A stretch of DNA of 64,000 bases from an uncultured Iamiaceae bacterium (GTDB lineage: Bacteria > Actinomycetota > Acidimicrobiia > Acidimicrobiales > Iamiaceae): positions 7,331 to 71,330 of the forward strand of contig CAZUMJ010000005.1 of NCBI GenBank assembly GCA_964621605.1, read 5' to 3'. Shown piece after piece: positions 1-9,208 of this stretch. Numbering within the stretch: position 1 is the first letter of the stretch; each line of letters starts with the position of its first letter. Position numbers and translations under genes: made by a program. The notes beneath the pieces are model-generated. The model was not told the origin of the DNA. It did not search any database and saw nothing but the letters and a program-made list of their open reading frames with translations.

Positions 1-559
1 CGATGCCGGTCAGGTCGGTGAACCCGGACTGTTCCCATTGCCCGTGCCAGCGCTTGAGCTGCCGAGCGATGTAGCCCTCTCGACGCCCGAGGTCGCCCAG
101 ACCGACCCGGTCGGGGTCGACCGCATGGATGCGTGCGAGTACGTCGACGAGGGACGCTCCGGCCGCTTGGCGCACCTCTCGTGCAACGGCTTGCGCGGCG
201 GGGAGGTCGCGCAGCACCGCTCCGTCGACGAAGTCCATGACGTAGAACGGTGCGCCGTTCACGTCCGCGTCTTCGCACAGCGCCACCGCCGGCGCCACCG
301 GGACATCGGTGCTCGCAAGCGCCGAGATGATGCGATGCTCACGGGACATGTCGTGCGCGGTGGCGAGGACGTGGCCGAGCGGCGGCCGACGCAAGACCCA
401 TGCGCCGCCGTCGGCGTCAGCGACGCGATACGTCAGGTTGGATCTGCCGCCGGCGATGAGCTCGAACGTCAGCGGGGGTCGTGCGCTCGAGACGTGCGCG
501 CCGAACCACGCGGTGACGGCGTCGGCGCGGATGCCATCGATCTGATGCGAGTCGGTCAT
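1..559 (-). CDS. Phosphotransferase-fold (APH/choline-kinase-like) kinase, N-terminal part only; gene runs off the left edge
   Basis: Absent from the ORF track because it is open at the window edge. The reverse complement from the ATG at 559-557 reads MTDSHQIDGIRADAVTAWF..LIAGGRSNLTYRV..APFYVMDFVDGAVL..GYIARQLKRWHGQW. This is the N-lobe pattern of aminoglycoside-phosphotransferase-family kinases. Confidence 0.6.
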   Translation of the reverse strand, partial: MTDSHQIDGIRADAVTAWFGAHVSSARPPLTFELIAGGRSNLTYRVADADGGAWVLRRPPLGHVLATAHDMSREHRIISALASTDVPVAPAVALCEDADVNGAPFYVMDFVDGAVLRDLPAAQAVAREVRQAAGASLVDVLARIHAVDPDRVGLGDLGRREGYIARQLKRWHGQWEQSGFTDLTGI

Positions 560-670
560 GCGGTGCGATCCCGGTGCATAGGCACTCCCAACCTACTGCC
601 CACCTGCCGTCGTGCCGGTCCGCCCGGGCCACCGTCTGGACGTGGCATCCGGTCGATACCCTGCACACCC

Positions 671-1378
671 ATGACCATCGACGTGACAGACGCCAGCTTC
701 GCAACCGATGTCATCGACCGCTCACAGGGCACGCCGGTCGTCGTCGATCTCTGGGCGCCCTGGTGTGGACCGTGCCGCACGCTCGGCCCCATCCTCGAGA
801 AGGTCATCGACGCCACGGAGGGCAGGGTCGTGCTGGCGAAGGTCAACGTCGACGAGAACCCTGCGGTGTCGCAGGCGTTCCAGGTGCAGGGCATCCCCGC
901 GGTGTACGCCCTGCGCGACGGCAAGGTGGTCGACGGCTTCGTCGGAGCGCAAGGCGAGATGGCCGTGCAGCAGTTCGTCGACAAGCTGCTGCCGTCCGAA
1001 GAGGAGCTGGCGCGCGATGCGCTGTTGGCAGCAGGCGACGAGGCATCGCTACGCCTCCTGCTGGCGCAAGTGCCCGACCACGACGCCGCGACGGTGGCGC
1101 TCGCTGAGCTGCTGGTCGAGCGCGGCGACACAGAAGAGGCCCTTGCCCTCCTCGCACGCATCCCTGAGTCGACAGAGACGCGTCGCGTCGCGGCGTTGGC
1201 GCGCACTGGGGCCGAGGTCGTCGACGACGGTACCGAGGCGCGTCTCGACGGCTTGCTCGACCGTGTGAAGGACGATGACGACGCCCGGCAGGAGTTTCTC
1301 GACATCCTCGAGCTCCTCGGCCCGGACGACCCTCGCACCGCCCGGTATCGCAAGGCATTGAGCGCACGATTGTTCTGA
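671..1378 (+). CDS. Thioredoxin-domain protein with a C-terminal TPR-like helical domain (YbbN/CnoX-like)
   Basis: Internal ATG at 671 of track ORF 38..1378. The sequence MTIDVTDASFATDVI..VVVDLWAPWCGPCRTLGP carries the WCGPC active site. A helical Ala/Leu/Glu-rich tail follows. The upstream part of the ORF is antisense to the kinase gene. Confidence 0.85.
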   Translation: MTIDVTDASFATDVIDRSQGTPVVVDLWAPWCGPCRTLGPILEKVIDATEGRVVLAKVNVDENPAVSQAFQVQGIPAVYALRDGKVVDGFVGAQGEMAVQQFVDKLLPSEEELARDALLAAGDEASLRLLLAQVPDHDAATVALAELLVERGDTEEALALLARIPESTETRRVAALARTGAEVVDDGTEARLDGLLDRVKDDDDARQEFLDILELLGPDDPRTARYRKALSARLF

Positions 1379-1491
1379 CCGCATCGGTCTTGCGCACGTT
1401 CCGGGTGCCCCTGTCGCACAGCCGAGGGCGCGGGTAGGGTCAGCAACGCCGCACTTCCCCCAATCGCTGCCGTGCATCGTGAGGGAAGGTC

Positions 1492-2412
1492 ATGCCCCCC
1501 AACACCTCTGCTGTCCACGCGCGCTCCGGCTCAGACCAGCCTTCGAGCGCCGCTTCGCCCGGTCCCGCCGAACACGCCCCCATCACCGACCGGCTGTCGG
1601 CGGCTGAGGTGCTGGCGCTTGTGCGCGGCGGTCAGCTCACCGGCGACGTCTCGCACGCGCTGCAACGGTGGCGCCAGACGTGGTCACGGCGTCCCGCATC
1701 CGTTGTTGCAGGGCTGCTCGCAGCGGGTGCGGTCGCGCTGCTGCTCGTCGGTTGGGTCCGCCAACCGCCCCCTGCGATCGATGCCGAGATCCCGCGCGCG
1801 ACGGCGGTGGGCAAGGGCAGCGAGGCCACACCGTCGGTCGGGAGTGCGCTGGCCGCGAGCAGTGCGTCTGACGGTTCGGCCGCGGTGCCACCTGGCTCGG
1901 CGGGGAGCGTCCCGCCACCTGTTGGCGTCGTAGTGGACGTCGCAGGGGCGGTGCTGCGTCCGGGGCTGGTACATCTCGCCAAGGGTGCCAGGGTTGCCGA
2001 CGCGCTCGCCGCCGCGGGCGGCCCGATTCCCGGAGCCGACCTGGAGCGGGTGAACCAGGCCACCGTGGTTGGTGACGGGGGCCGGGTCTACGTGCCCCGG
2101 GTCGGGCAGGTCGAGGTGCCGGTCGTGCTCGATGACACCCAGGGTTCCCCAGCGGGGGGCTCGCAGGTCGGCGACGGTCAGGCGGGCTCGACGGTTGCCG
2201 GCGGGGCCGAAGCCGCGGTGCAGCCTGTCGATCTCAACCGTGCCACGGCGAGCGATCTCGACACGCTGCCGGGGGTGGGTCCGTCCACCGCGGACGCCAT
2301 CGTGCGCTACCGCACCGAACACGGGAGGTTCCGCCGAGTGGAGGACCTGCTCGACGTGCCCGGGATCGGCGATGGGAAGCTCGCGAAGCTCCGCCCGTTC
2401 GTCAGGGTGTGA
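1492..2412 (+). CDS. comEA: ComEA-type helix-hairpin-helix DNA-binding competence protein
   Basis: The C-terminus reads VDLNRATASDLDTLPGVGPSTADAIVRYRTEHGRFRRVEDLLDVPGIGDGKLAKLRPF, a tandem HhH motif. An N-terminal TM segment is present, and GGGAAGG lies upstream of the ATG. Confidence 0.85.
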   Translation: MPPNTSAVHARSGSDQPSSAASPGPAEHAPITDRLSAAEVLALVRGGQLTGDVSHALQRWRQTWSRRPASVVAGLLAAGAVALLLVGWVRQPPPAIDAEIPRATAVGKGSEATPSVGSALAASSASDGSAAVPPGSAGSVPPPVGVVVDVAGAVLRPGLVHLAKGARVADALAAAGGPIPGADLERVNQATVVGDGGRVYVPRVGQVEVPVVLDDTQGSPAGGSQVGDGQAGSTVAGGAEAAVQPVDLNRATASDLDTLPGVGPSTADAIVRYRTEHGRFRRVEDLLDVPGIGDGKLAKLRPFVRV

Positions 2413-2415
2413 CAG

Positions 2416-4206
2416 GTGCGTTCGCTCAGCGAGCGCCAGGTGGCGGTGCTTGCATTGGGGGCATGTCTCGGGGCGCGCGTCGCTGCTCCGGTGCCCCTGA
2501 TCGTCCCTGTCGCCTGTCTGGCTGTCGCGATCGTGGCGTCTCGGCCGTGGGTGCTCGTCGTGGCCGTTGCCCTGCTCGCCACCTGGCTCGGCGCACGAGC
2601 TGTCGCGGGCATGGTGGCTCCACCGTCGGGGGAGTGGCGAGGTCGGGTCGTCTTGCTCACCGATCCTGAGCCGATCCCTGGCGGCGTGCGCGCCGACGTC
2701 CGAGCCGGTTCGCAGCACCTGCTCCTGCGCGCTCGCGGTGATGCCGCGACTGTCCTTCATGATGCCTGGGCGGGGCAGCGGGTGCGTGTCACGGGCCGGC
2801 GAGGGGCGCTCCACGGGGGTGCTGCGGCGCGGGTCCGCCACATCGCCGGGCAGATCGACGTCACGGACGCGTCCGTCACCGGTGACGCCGGTGTGCTTTG
2901 GCGGTGGGGACAGGGCCTTCGTCGAAGAATCGTGCAGGTCGCGGCGCCACTCCCGCCCGACGAACGCTCGCTCCTGCTTGGGTTTGTGCTCGGTGACGAC
3001 CGCGGGCAGCGAGAGGAGGTGGCGGCAGACTTCCGGGCGGCAGGGCTGACGCACCTCCTGGTCGTCTCGGGTGAGAACGTGGCGCTCCTGCTCGCACTCG
3101 CAGGCCCGGTCCTGCGTCGTTGCAGCGGGCGCGCCCGCTGGGGTCTGACGTTGGCGTTGTTGGGCCTCTTCACCATCGTGACGCGGGGCGAACCATCGGT
3201 GCTGCGAGCGGTTGCGATGACCGCGATCGCGTCGAGCGCGGTCGTGCTCGGTCGACCGGCGAGCGGGCGGCGCGCCTTGGCGTTGGCGGTCACCGCACTG
3301 GTGCTCTTCGACCCGTTCCTCTCCGCGTCCACGGGGTTTCTGCTCTCCGTGAGCGCGTCGATGGGGATCCTTCTCTTCGCGGTGCCCATCACACGGGCGA
3401 TCCCGGGCCCGCGGGTCATTGCCCGGGTGTTGGGGGTCACGGGTGCCGCCCAGCTTGGTGTCGCACCCGTGATGCTCGCGACGTTCGGTGGGCTACCGAT
3501 CGCGGCGCTCCCAGCGAATCTGCTGGCGGCTCCCGCGGCCGCCGGGGTTGTCGTCGTCGGAGTTCCGTTGCTCATGCTGGCCTCGCTGTTCGGGCCGTTG
3601 TTCGCTTCCACGCTTGTGGGGGCGGCCCGTCTGCCGCTCAGGTGGGTACTGGCGGTGGCGCGCTGGGGAGCGCGGGTTCCGCTTGGGCACGCCGGAGCTC
3701 TCGTCGTCATGGGGTGTGCGATCTGCATCGCCGCGTTGGCCCTCGCTGAGCACACGTCCAGGGCTGGGCTGCGTCGCGCGGGGCGCGTCGCGCTACTCGT
3801 GGTGTTGCTGCTTCCCGCGGCGCAAGCGAGCCGAACTCCGCCGCGCGCTCCGATCATGCCGGGTGTCTGGGTCGTCCGAGGCGGGGACGCCACGGTGGTA
3901 CTCCTCGCAGGGGCTGCCCGCTCGGGGGATGTGCTCGAAGCGCTCGCACGCGTGGGCGTCCGGCGGGTCGACCTTCTCGTGCTGCGGGATGGCGGGGCGC
4001 GTGCGGCGTCGCTGCGAGCCGCAGTCGGGCACCGATGGACGGTGCGGGCCGTGCTCGCGCCGCGTGGACACCGTGTGCCGGGTGGCCACGTGCCCCCGTC
4101 GGGGAGTCGCTGGCGCGTCGGGACGGTGGAGGTGTTCGTGACCGATGCTGGCCCGCCACTCCATGCGGTCGTGCGTGACAAGCACGGCGTCGTCGCCGCC
4201 GTCTAG
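2416..4206 (+). CDS. comEC: ComEC/Rec2 DNA internalisation channel protein with a short, degenerate C-terminal domain
   Basis: Polytopic membrane protein carrying the competence-domain motif LLLGFVLGDDRGQREEVAADFRAAGLTHLLVVSGENVALLL. It starts 4 nt after comEA. Confidence 0.85.
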   Translation: MRSLSERQVAVLALGACLGARVAAPVPLIVPVACLAVAIVASRPWVLVVAVALLATWLGARAVAGMVAPPSGEWRGRVVLLTDPEPIPGGVRADVRAGSQHLLLRARGDAATVLHDAWAGQRVRVTGRRGALHGGAAARVRHIAGQIDVTDASVTGDAGVLWRWGQGLRRRIVQVAAPLPPDERSLLLGFVLGDDRGQREEVAADFRAAGLTHLLVVSGENVALLLALAGPVLRRCSGRARWGLTLALLGLFTIVTRGEPSVLRAVAMTAIASSAVVLGRPASGRRALALAVTALVLFDPFLSASTGFLLSVSASMGILLFAVPITRAIPGPRVIARVLGVTGAAQLGVAPVMLATFGGLPIAALPANLLAAPAAAGVVVVGVPLLMLASLFGPLFASTLVGAARLPLRWVLAVARWGARVPLGHAGALVVMGCAICIAALALAEHTSRAGLRRAGRVALLVVLLLPAAQASRTPPRAPIMPGVWVVRGGDATVVLLAGAARSGDVLEALARVGVRRVDLLVLRDGGARAASLRAAVGHRWTVRAVLAPRGHRVPGGHVPPSGSRWRVGTVEVFVTDAGPPLHAVVRDKHGVVAAV

Positions 4207-4229
4207 CCAGTAGACGCGTCGGAGCGGCC

Positions 4230-5141
4230 GTGGTGCAGCCGGTTGCGTGCGAACGTGGGGTGCACGGGCTACTCGTGCGAGGGAGGCGTTGGGGGAGCCG
4301 CCCGGTGTGGGGCACTACCGTCGCGTCGATGCCGCCGCGTCCCCTGCCCCCGTGGGTCACCGCTCCTGATCGCCCGGTGACCTTGGCAGTGCTGGTCGCG
4401 GGTCACGACACCCTTGGCCGTCAAGCCGCTCGAGCCGCACGCGCCTTCGCAACCGCCGGCGCCGACGGTGTAGAGGTCGTGCTGGCACCCGGGGTCGACC
4501 CTGCAACGTCGCGGTGCTCGCCGGCCGAGCTCGTCGCAGCGATCGCCGAAGAGCACATTCCCGTCGGGCTCGCCGTGACCTCGAGTGTGGGCGCACACCT
4601 GGGCGTGGGGGCCGGTGCGGCATGGCTGCGCGTCGATGTCGCATCGCTCGACGACGCACTCGCGGAGACGCTCTCGGGTATGGGGCGACCCACGGTCGTG
4701 GCGGCGCTTCTCGACCCGGCCCCAACGGGTGACGCAGACCTGGGCAGCCGGCTGACTCGTGCACGTAGCCGCCCGGAGCTGGTGGCGTTCGATGCAGCAC
4801 AGCTCCTGGTGGAGGTGCCGGCCGGGAACCTTCCCGTCGACCCCGTCGGGCCTCTTGGCGCGGTCGTGGTCGATCTGTGTGACATGGTCGATCGGGCGAC
4901 GGACGCAGTCGTGGCTGCCGGGTCGACTGGACGTTCGCCTTCTGGCGGCGTGTCGCACGGCGTGACAACGGGACGTTCGTCAGCTGACGGAGAATCGGGC
5001 CACGAGCTGCACGTTGCAGTTCTGAGTGCGGCTGCAACGCTCGCCATCCGTGCAGGGGCTCGAATTCTGCGTACGGACGATCCTGGTGTCGTGCACGTGG
5101 CAGCCGCGGTCAGCGCCGCGGTCGAGGACGTGCGAAGGTGA
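4230..5141 (+). CDS. Hypothetical protein, collinear by eye with a degenerate dihydropteroate-synthase (pterin-binding) fold; start uncertain (ATG at 4329 is also possible)
   Basis: Third-position GC is high in this frame. The stop overlaps the holA start (GTGA at 5138-5141). The C-terminus LSAAATLAIRAGARILRTDDPGVVHVAAAVSAAVED resembles the DHPS C-terminal helix (..GA.IIRVHDV..). The canonical NxTPDSFSDGG and GGES motifs are not seen. Confidence 0.45.
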   Translation: MVQPVACERGVHGLLVRGRRWGSRPVWGTTVASMPPRPLPPWVTAPDRPVTLAVLVAGHDTLGRQAARAARAFATAGADGVEVVLAPGVDPATSRCSPAELVAAIAEEHIPVGLAVTSSVGAHLGVGAGAAWLRVDVASLDDALAETLSGMGRPTVVAALLDPAPTGDADLGSRLTRARSRPELVAFDAAQLLVEVPAGNLPVDPVGPLGAVVVDLCDMVDRATDAVVAAGSTGRSPSGGVSHGVTTGRSSADGESGHELHVAVLSAAATLAIRAGARILRTDDPGVVHVAAAVSAAVEDVRR

Positions 5142-6193
5142 GTCCTTCCGTGGCCGCTGCACCGGTGCACCTGGTGAAGGGATCCGACGACAGCTTGCGC
5201 AACGACGCAGTGCTGAAGCTCGTCGGCGAGCTGGTCGGTGCAGAAGATCGCTCGCTCGTGCTCGACGAGTTCGGCGGCGCTGACCTCTCGCTCGCGGCGG
5301 TCGTGTCTGCGGCGCAGACGCCGCCGTTCCTGACCGCTCGTCGTGTCGTGGTGGTGCGCCACGCCGGCCAGTTCGGAACCGGTGAGGCAGTTGCGCCTCT
5401 GGTTGCGTATCTCGCCGACCCGGTCGTCACGACCTCACTCGTGTTGGTCTGGGAGAAGCTGCCCGACACCGGAAGTCGCCTCGCCGCCTTGCCCAAGAAG
5501 CTGAACGAGGCGATCTCGACAGCTGGCGGTCTCGTGCACGACAGCGAGCCTGGCAAGACGGCAAAGGCTCGATCCCCGTGGATCGACGAGCAGATCCGCG
5601 CCGCGGGTGTGCACCTAGATCGACAAGCCGTGGGTCTCGTGGCTGAGCAACTCGGCGAGGACCTCGGCCGCCTACCGGGGCTGTTGACGATTCTCGAAGC
5701 GGTGTTCGGCGCCGGTGCCGAGCTGGGCGTTGCCGAAGTCGAGCCGTACCTGGGTCAAGCCGGTGCCGTGCCGCCGTGGGATCTCACCGACGCGATCGAT
5801 CGTGGCGATACGTCCCGTGCGCTCGCCTTGCTGGAGCGGATGCTCGGCGCCGGCGGGCGTCATCCGCTGCAGGTGATGGCGACCCTGCAGACCCACTTCG
5901 GACGCATGCTGCGGTTGGACGGTGCCGGGGTGGGGAATGAGAAGCAGGCAGCGGAGCTGCTCGGCATGAAGGGCTCGACGTTCCCAGCCCGCAAGGCCCT
6001 CGACCGGACGAGCGCGCTCGGCCATCGGGGAGTCACCCGGGCGATCGAGTTGCTGGCAGAAGCGGACGTCACGTTGCGCGGCGGAGGGCGGAGCTGGCCA
6101 CCAGAACTCGTCATCGAGGTGCTGGTCGCACGGTTGGCTGCGCTGGGCGGCCGCGGTGGGGCCCGGGGAAGGGCGACCCGAGGGCGCGCCTGA
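5138..6193 (+). CDS. holA: DNA polymerase III delta subunit
   Basis: 351 aa. The N-terminus VHLVKGSDDSLRNDAVLKLVGELVG and overall helical architecture are typical of HolA. The position between comEC and rpsT matches other actinobacteria. Confidence 0.85.
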   Translation: MSPSVAAAPVHLVKGSDDSLRNDAVLKLVGELVGAEDRSLVLDEFGGADLSLAAVVSAAQTPPFLTARRVVVVRHAGQFGTGEAVAPLVAYLADPVVTTSLVLVWEKLPDTGSRLAALPKKLNEAISTAGGLVHDSEPGKTAKARSPWIDEQIRAAGVHLDRQAVGLVAEQLGEDLGRLPGLLTILEAVFGAGAELGVAEVEPYLGQAGAVPPWDLTDAIDRGDTSRALALLERMLGAGGRHPLQVMATLQTHFGRMLRLDGAGVGNEKQAAELLGMKGSTFPARKALDRTSALGHRGVTRAIELLAEADVTLRGGGRSWPPELVIEVLVARLAALGGRGGARGRATRGRA

Positions 6194-6214
6194 TCAGACG
6201 TGGGTCGTGGGATT

Positions 6215-6238
6215 GCGCGGCGTCAGGCGACGCGGCGC
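6215..6238. terminator. GC-rich hairpin between the convergent holA and rpsT genes (candidate bidirectional terminator)
   Basis: GCGCGGCGTC-aggc-GACGCGGCGC, a 10-bp stem with one mismatch, lies directly between the two stop codons (6193 and 6240). There is no clear U-tract. Confidence 0.35.
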
Positions 6239-6239
6239 C

Positions 6240-6506
6240 TCAGTCGGCGGAGAGCGCGTTGGCGCGTGCGACGAGGCGTGACTTGCGACGGGCGGCCGCG
6301 TTCTTGTGGATCACGCCCTTGGCGGCCGCCTTGTCGATGCGCTTCACGGCGAGGCGCAGGGCCTCGGCCGCGTTCTCGCTGCCGTCCTCGGCAGTGCGCA
6401 GCGCCGTCTTGGTGCGGGTCTTCAGCTCGGAGCGCACCATCTTGTTGCGCTGACGGCGAGCCTCGTTCTGACGGTTGCGCTTGATCTGGCTCTTGATGTT
6501 TGCCAC
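6240..6506 (-). CDS. rpsT: 30S ribosomal protein S20
   Basis: MANIKSQIKRNRQNEARRQRNKMVRSELKTRTK..KGVIHKNAAARRKSRL is the canonical S20 sequence. GTG start with GGAAGGA upstream. Confidence 0.95.
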   Translation of the reverse strand: MANIKSQIKRNRQNEARRQRNKMVRSELKTRTKTALRTAEDGSENAAEALRLAVKRIDKAAAKGVIHKNAAARRKSRLVARANALSAD

Positions 6507-6757
6507 GGGGATGTCGTCCTTCCGTCCGGCATCGCACCGGTCCGACTACGGCCGAAAGACGTTAGCCGTGCGAGGCGACAGCACGCCACCCGAGCGAGGG
6601 GTGTGCCGCGTCGGGCACCGAGGCGGGTCCCGAAGCGGGTCCCGAAGCGGGGAGCGCCCGGCGTGGTCGCTACGCTCGGAGACCCGTGCCGCATTGGTGA
6701 TGCCTACGGCGGCGCCGGCCTTCCATCGCTTCTCCGACCCACTGCGAGCCCCCGGCT

Positions 6758-8545
6758 GTGACCGAGCTGTCCAGACTTCGCTGCCTCAGCGTGATCGCCC
6801 ACATCGACCATGGCAAGACCACGCTGTCGGACCGGATCCTCGAGATCTGCGGTGCGGTCGACGCGCGGGACATGCGAGCGCAGTACCTCGACACGATGGA
6901 GTTGGAGCGCGAACGCGGCATCACCATCAAGCTGCAAAGCGTCCGCCTCGACTACCGCGGCTATGTCCTGAACCTCATCGACACACCGGGGCACGTCGAC
7001 TTCGGCTACGAGGTGTCGCGGTCGCTCGCCGCATGTGAGGGCGTCATCCTGCTCGTCGACGCCTCGCAGGGCATCGAGGCGCAGACCTTGGCCAACTGCT
7101 ACCTCGCCCTCGAACACGATCTCGAGATCGTGGCCTGCCTGAACAAGCTCGACCTTCCGGCGGCCGACCCCGATCGGTACGCCGCAGAGATCGAGACCGT
7201 GCTGGGCATCCCTGCAGACCAGGTGCTGCGCATCTCGGCCAAGACGGGCGAGGGTGTCCCCGAGTTGCTGGACGCGGTCGTCGATCGCATCCCAGCACCG
7301 AAGGGCGACCCGGACGCACCATTGCAGGCGCTGATCTTCGATTCGCACTTCGACCAGTACCGCGGTGTGGTCTCATCGGTGCGAGTCGTGAACGGCGTCA
7401 TGCGAGCAGGGGAGAAGCTGCGTTTCCTGCAGGCCGCCACCACCCACGATGCCGACGAGGTCGGTGTCCGGAGCCCGACCCCGACGCCGGTGGCGTCGCT
7501 GGGCCCTGGTGAGACCGGGTACCTCATCGCCGGCATCAAGGACGTCGGCGAGGCCCGCTCTGGTGAGACGGTCACCACCGCAGCGCGTCCCGCCCCCCAG
7601 CCGCTGCCCGGCTACCTCGACCCGAAACCCATGGTGTTCTGCGGGCTCTACCCGATCGACGGTGACGAGTTCGCGGACCTGCGTGAGGCCCTCGAGAAGC
7701 TGCGCCTGAACGACTCGAGCTTCACCTACGAGCCCGAGACGTCGGGTGCGCTCGGCTTCGGCTTCCGTTGTGGCTTCCTCGGCCTGTTGCACATGGAGAT
7801 CGTGCGCGAGCGCCTGGAGCGAGAGTTCGACCTCGGCCTCATCGCCACCGCTCCGTCGGTGTCGTACCGGGTGCACACCACCCGAGGAGACGTGCTGGAA
7901 GTCGACAACCCGTCAGCCATGCCCCCCACGACCGAGATCGACTTCATCGAGGAACCGTGGCTCGCCACGACCATCCTCACGCCGACCGACTACACGGGCA
8001 CGCTCATGGACCTCTGCCAGACCCGGCGAGGCGAGATGCAGAAGCTCGAGTACCTGTCTCCGGAGCGCATGGAGCTCGTCTACCGGCTCCCGCTCGCCGA
8101 GGTGGTCACCGACTTCTTCGACCAACTCAAGAGCCGGAGTCAGGGGTACGCAAGCCTCGACTACGAACCTGAGGGGTACGACAGGTCCAACCTGGTGCGG
8201 GTGGACGTGCTGTTGAACGGCCAGGCGGTCGACGCGTTCTCGACGATCGTGCACCGCGACAAGGCCGACAGCTACGGGCGACGCATGACCGAGAAGCTGC
8301 GTGAGCTGATCCCGCGTCAGATGTTCGACGTACCCATCCAGGCTGCCATCGGCGGCCGGATCATCGCTCGTGAGACCGTGAAGGCGAAGCGCAAGGACGT
8401 GCTGGCCAAGTGCTACGGCGGTGACATCACCCGGAAGCGCAAGCTGCTCGAACGGCAGAAGGAGGGCAAGAAGCGCATGAAGAACATCGGGCGCGTCGAG
8501 GTGCCCCAGGAGGCGTTCGTGTCGGCTCTCACGCTCGAGGACTGA
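6758..8545 (+). CDS. lepA: Translation elongation factor 4 (LepA)
   Basis: Carries [25 protein letters not shown] and NKLD GTPase motifs, plus the LepA-specific C-terminus [28 protein letters not shown]. Confidence 0.97.
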   Translation: MTELSRLRCLSVIAHIDHGKTTLSDRILEICGAVDARDMRAQYLDTMELERERGITIKLQSVRLDYRGYVLNLIDTPGHVDFGYEVSRSLAACEGVILLVDASQGIEAQTLANCYLALEHDLEIVACLNKLDLPAADPDRYAAEIETVLGIPADQVLRISAKTGEGVPELLDAVVDRIPAPKGDPDAPLQALIFDSHFDQYRGVVSSVRVVNGVMRAGEKLRFLQAATTHDADEVGVRSPTPTPVASLGPGETGYLIAGIKDVGEARSGETVTTAARPAPQPLPGYLDPKPMVFCGLYPIDGDEFADLREALEKLRLNDSSFTYEPETSGALGFGFRCGFLGLLHMEIVRERLEREFDLGLIATAPSVSYRVHTTRGDVLEVDNPSAMPPTTEIDFIEEPWLATTILTPTDYTGTLMDLCQTRRGEMQKLEYLSPERMELVYRLPLAEVVTDFFDQLKSRSQGYASLDYEPEGYDRSNLVRVDVLLNGQAVDAFSTIVHRDKADSYGRRMTEKLRELIPRQMFDVPIQAAIGGRIIARETVKAKRKDVLAKCYGGDITRKRKLLERQKEGKKRMKNIGRVEVPQEAFVSALTLED

Positions 8546-8547
8546 GC

Positions 8548-9057
8548 ATGGCCGTGGCGCCGACCGCGCCGATCCGGGTGACCTTCGTGTGTCTCGGCAA
8601 CATCTGTCGTTCGCCCATGGCGGCGTCGGTCTGTCGATACGTCATTGCCGAGACGGGGCTCTCCGACGTCGTGTTCGTCGACTCGTACGGCACGGGCGAC
8701 TGGCACGTCGGGCAGGACGCGGACCCGCGGGCAATCGCCGCGTTGCGCCGCCGCGGCTACGACCCGAGCCACCGTGCCCGACAGATCACGGTCGCCGACC
8801 TCGACGGCTACGACCTGATCCTCGGGATGGACCAGGCAAACGTGTCAGACCTGCGTGCCTTGGCGGGCTCGGGCGCGGCGCGCGACAGAGTCCTGCTGGC
8901 ACGATCCTTCGACAGGGCGGCCCCGTCGGAGCCTGAGGTGCCCGACCCCTACTACGGCACCGACGCCGACTTCGACGATGCCCTGGACCTCATCGAGGGC
9001 GCCGTGGCCGGATTGGTCGCGCACCTCGCAGCGCGCGTCGAGGCATCGGGGGGCTGA
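8548..9057 (+). CDS. Low-molecular-weight protein tyrosine phosphatase
   Basis: VTFVCLGNICRSPMAA is the CX5R(S/T) P-loop. The DPYYG aspartate loop is also present. Confidence 0.9.
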   Translation: MAVAPTAPIRVTFVCLGNICRSPMAASVCRYVIAETGLSDVVFVDSYGTGDWHVGQDADPRAIAALRRRGYDPSHRARQITVADLDGYDLILGMDQANVSDLRALAGSGAARDRVLLARSFDRAAPSEPEVPDPYYGTDADFDDALDLIEGAVAGLVAHLAARVEASGG

Positions 9058-9133
9058 CCACAGGCGGCCGTTGCCTCGTGGGCACACGGGGGTGCATATC
9101 GGTCCGCCAATGGTCGGGCACCCTGGACCGAGG

Positions 9134-9160
9134 CTGGCACTCGGTATCATTGAGTGCCAG
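9134..9160 (+). promoter_or_regulatory. CIRCE operator (HrcA binding site) upstream of hrcA-dnaJ
   Basis: CTGGCACTC-ggtatcatt-GAGTGCCAG is a perfect 9-bp inverted repeat with a 9-nt spacer. It matches the core of TTAGCACTC-N9-GAGTGCTAA and lies 49 nt upstream of the hrcA ATG. Confidence 0.85.
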
Positions 9161-9208
9161 CCGCGGTCCCCACCCGCGGAGTCCGATCCAGGAGTGAGGG
9201 CCACCTCC

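Noticed and set aside
556-4181. Long minus-strand ORFs (556..1518, 1684..3054, 2757..4181) opposite the thioredoxin, comEA and comEC genes
   Set aside because: These have the typical Arg/Ser/Ala/Pro-rich antisense reading frames of a high-GC genome, with no recognisable motifs. The plus-strand genes have clear family signatures.
4421-5362. 313-aa minus-strand ORF opposite the DHPS-like ORF and the holA start
   Set aside because: It begins MAHHHDTTSGQERRRLRRRHDRRER.. and is Ser/Ala/Arg/Thr-rich. The plus-strand frame has better codon bias and a GTGA coupling to holA.
6623-6652. 2.5 tandem copies of a 12-mer (gcgggtcccgaa) in the rpsT-lepA divergent spacer
   Set aside because: The repeat is too short and has too few copies to be more than slippage or chance. 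I recognise no matching regulator motif. It is kept as a note only.
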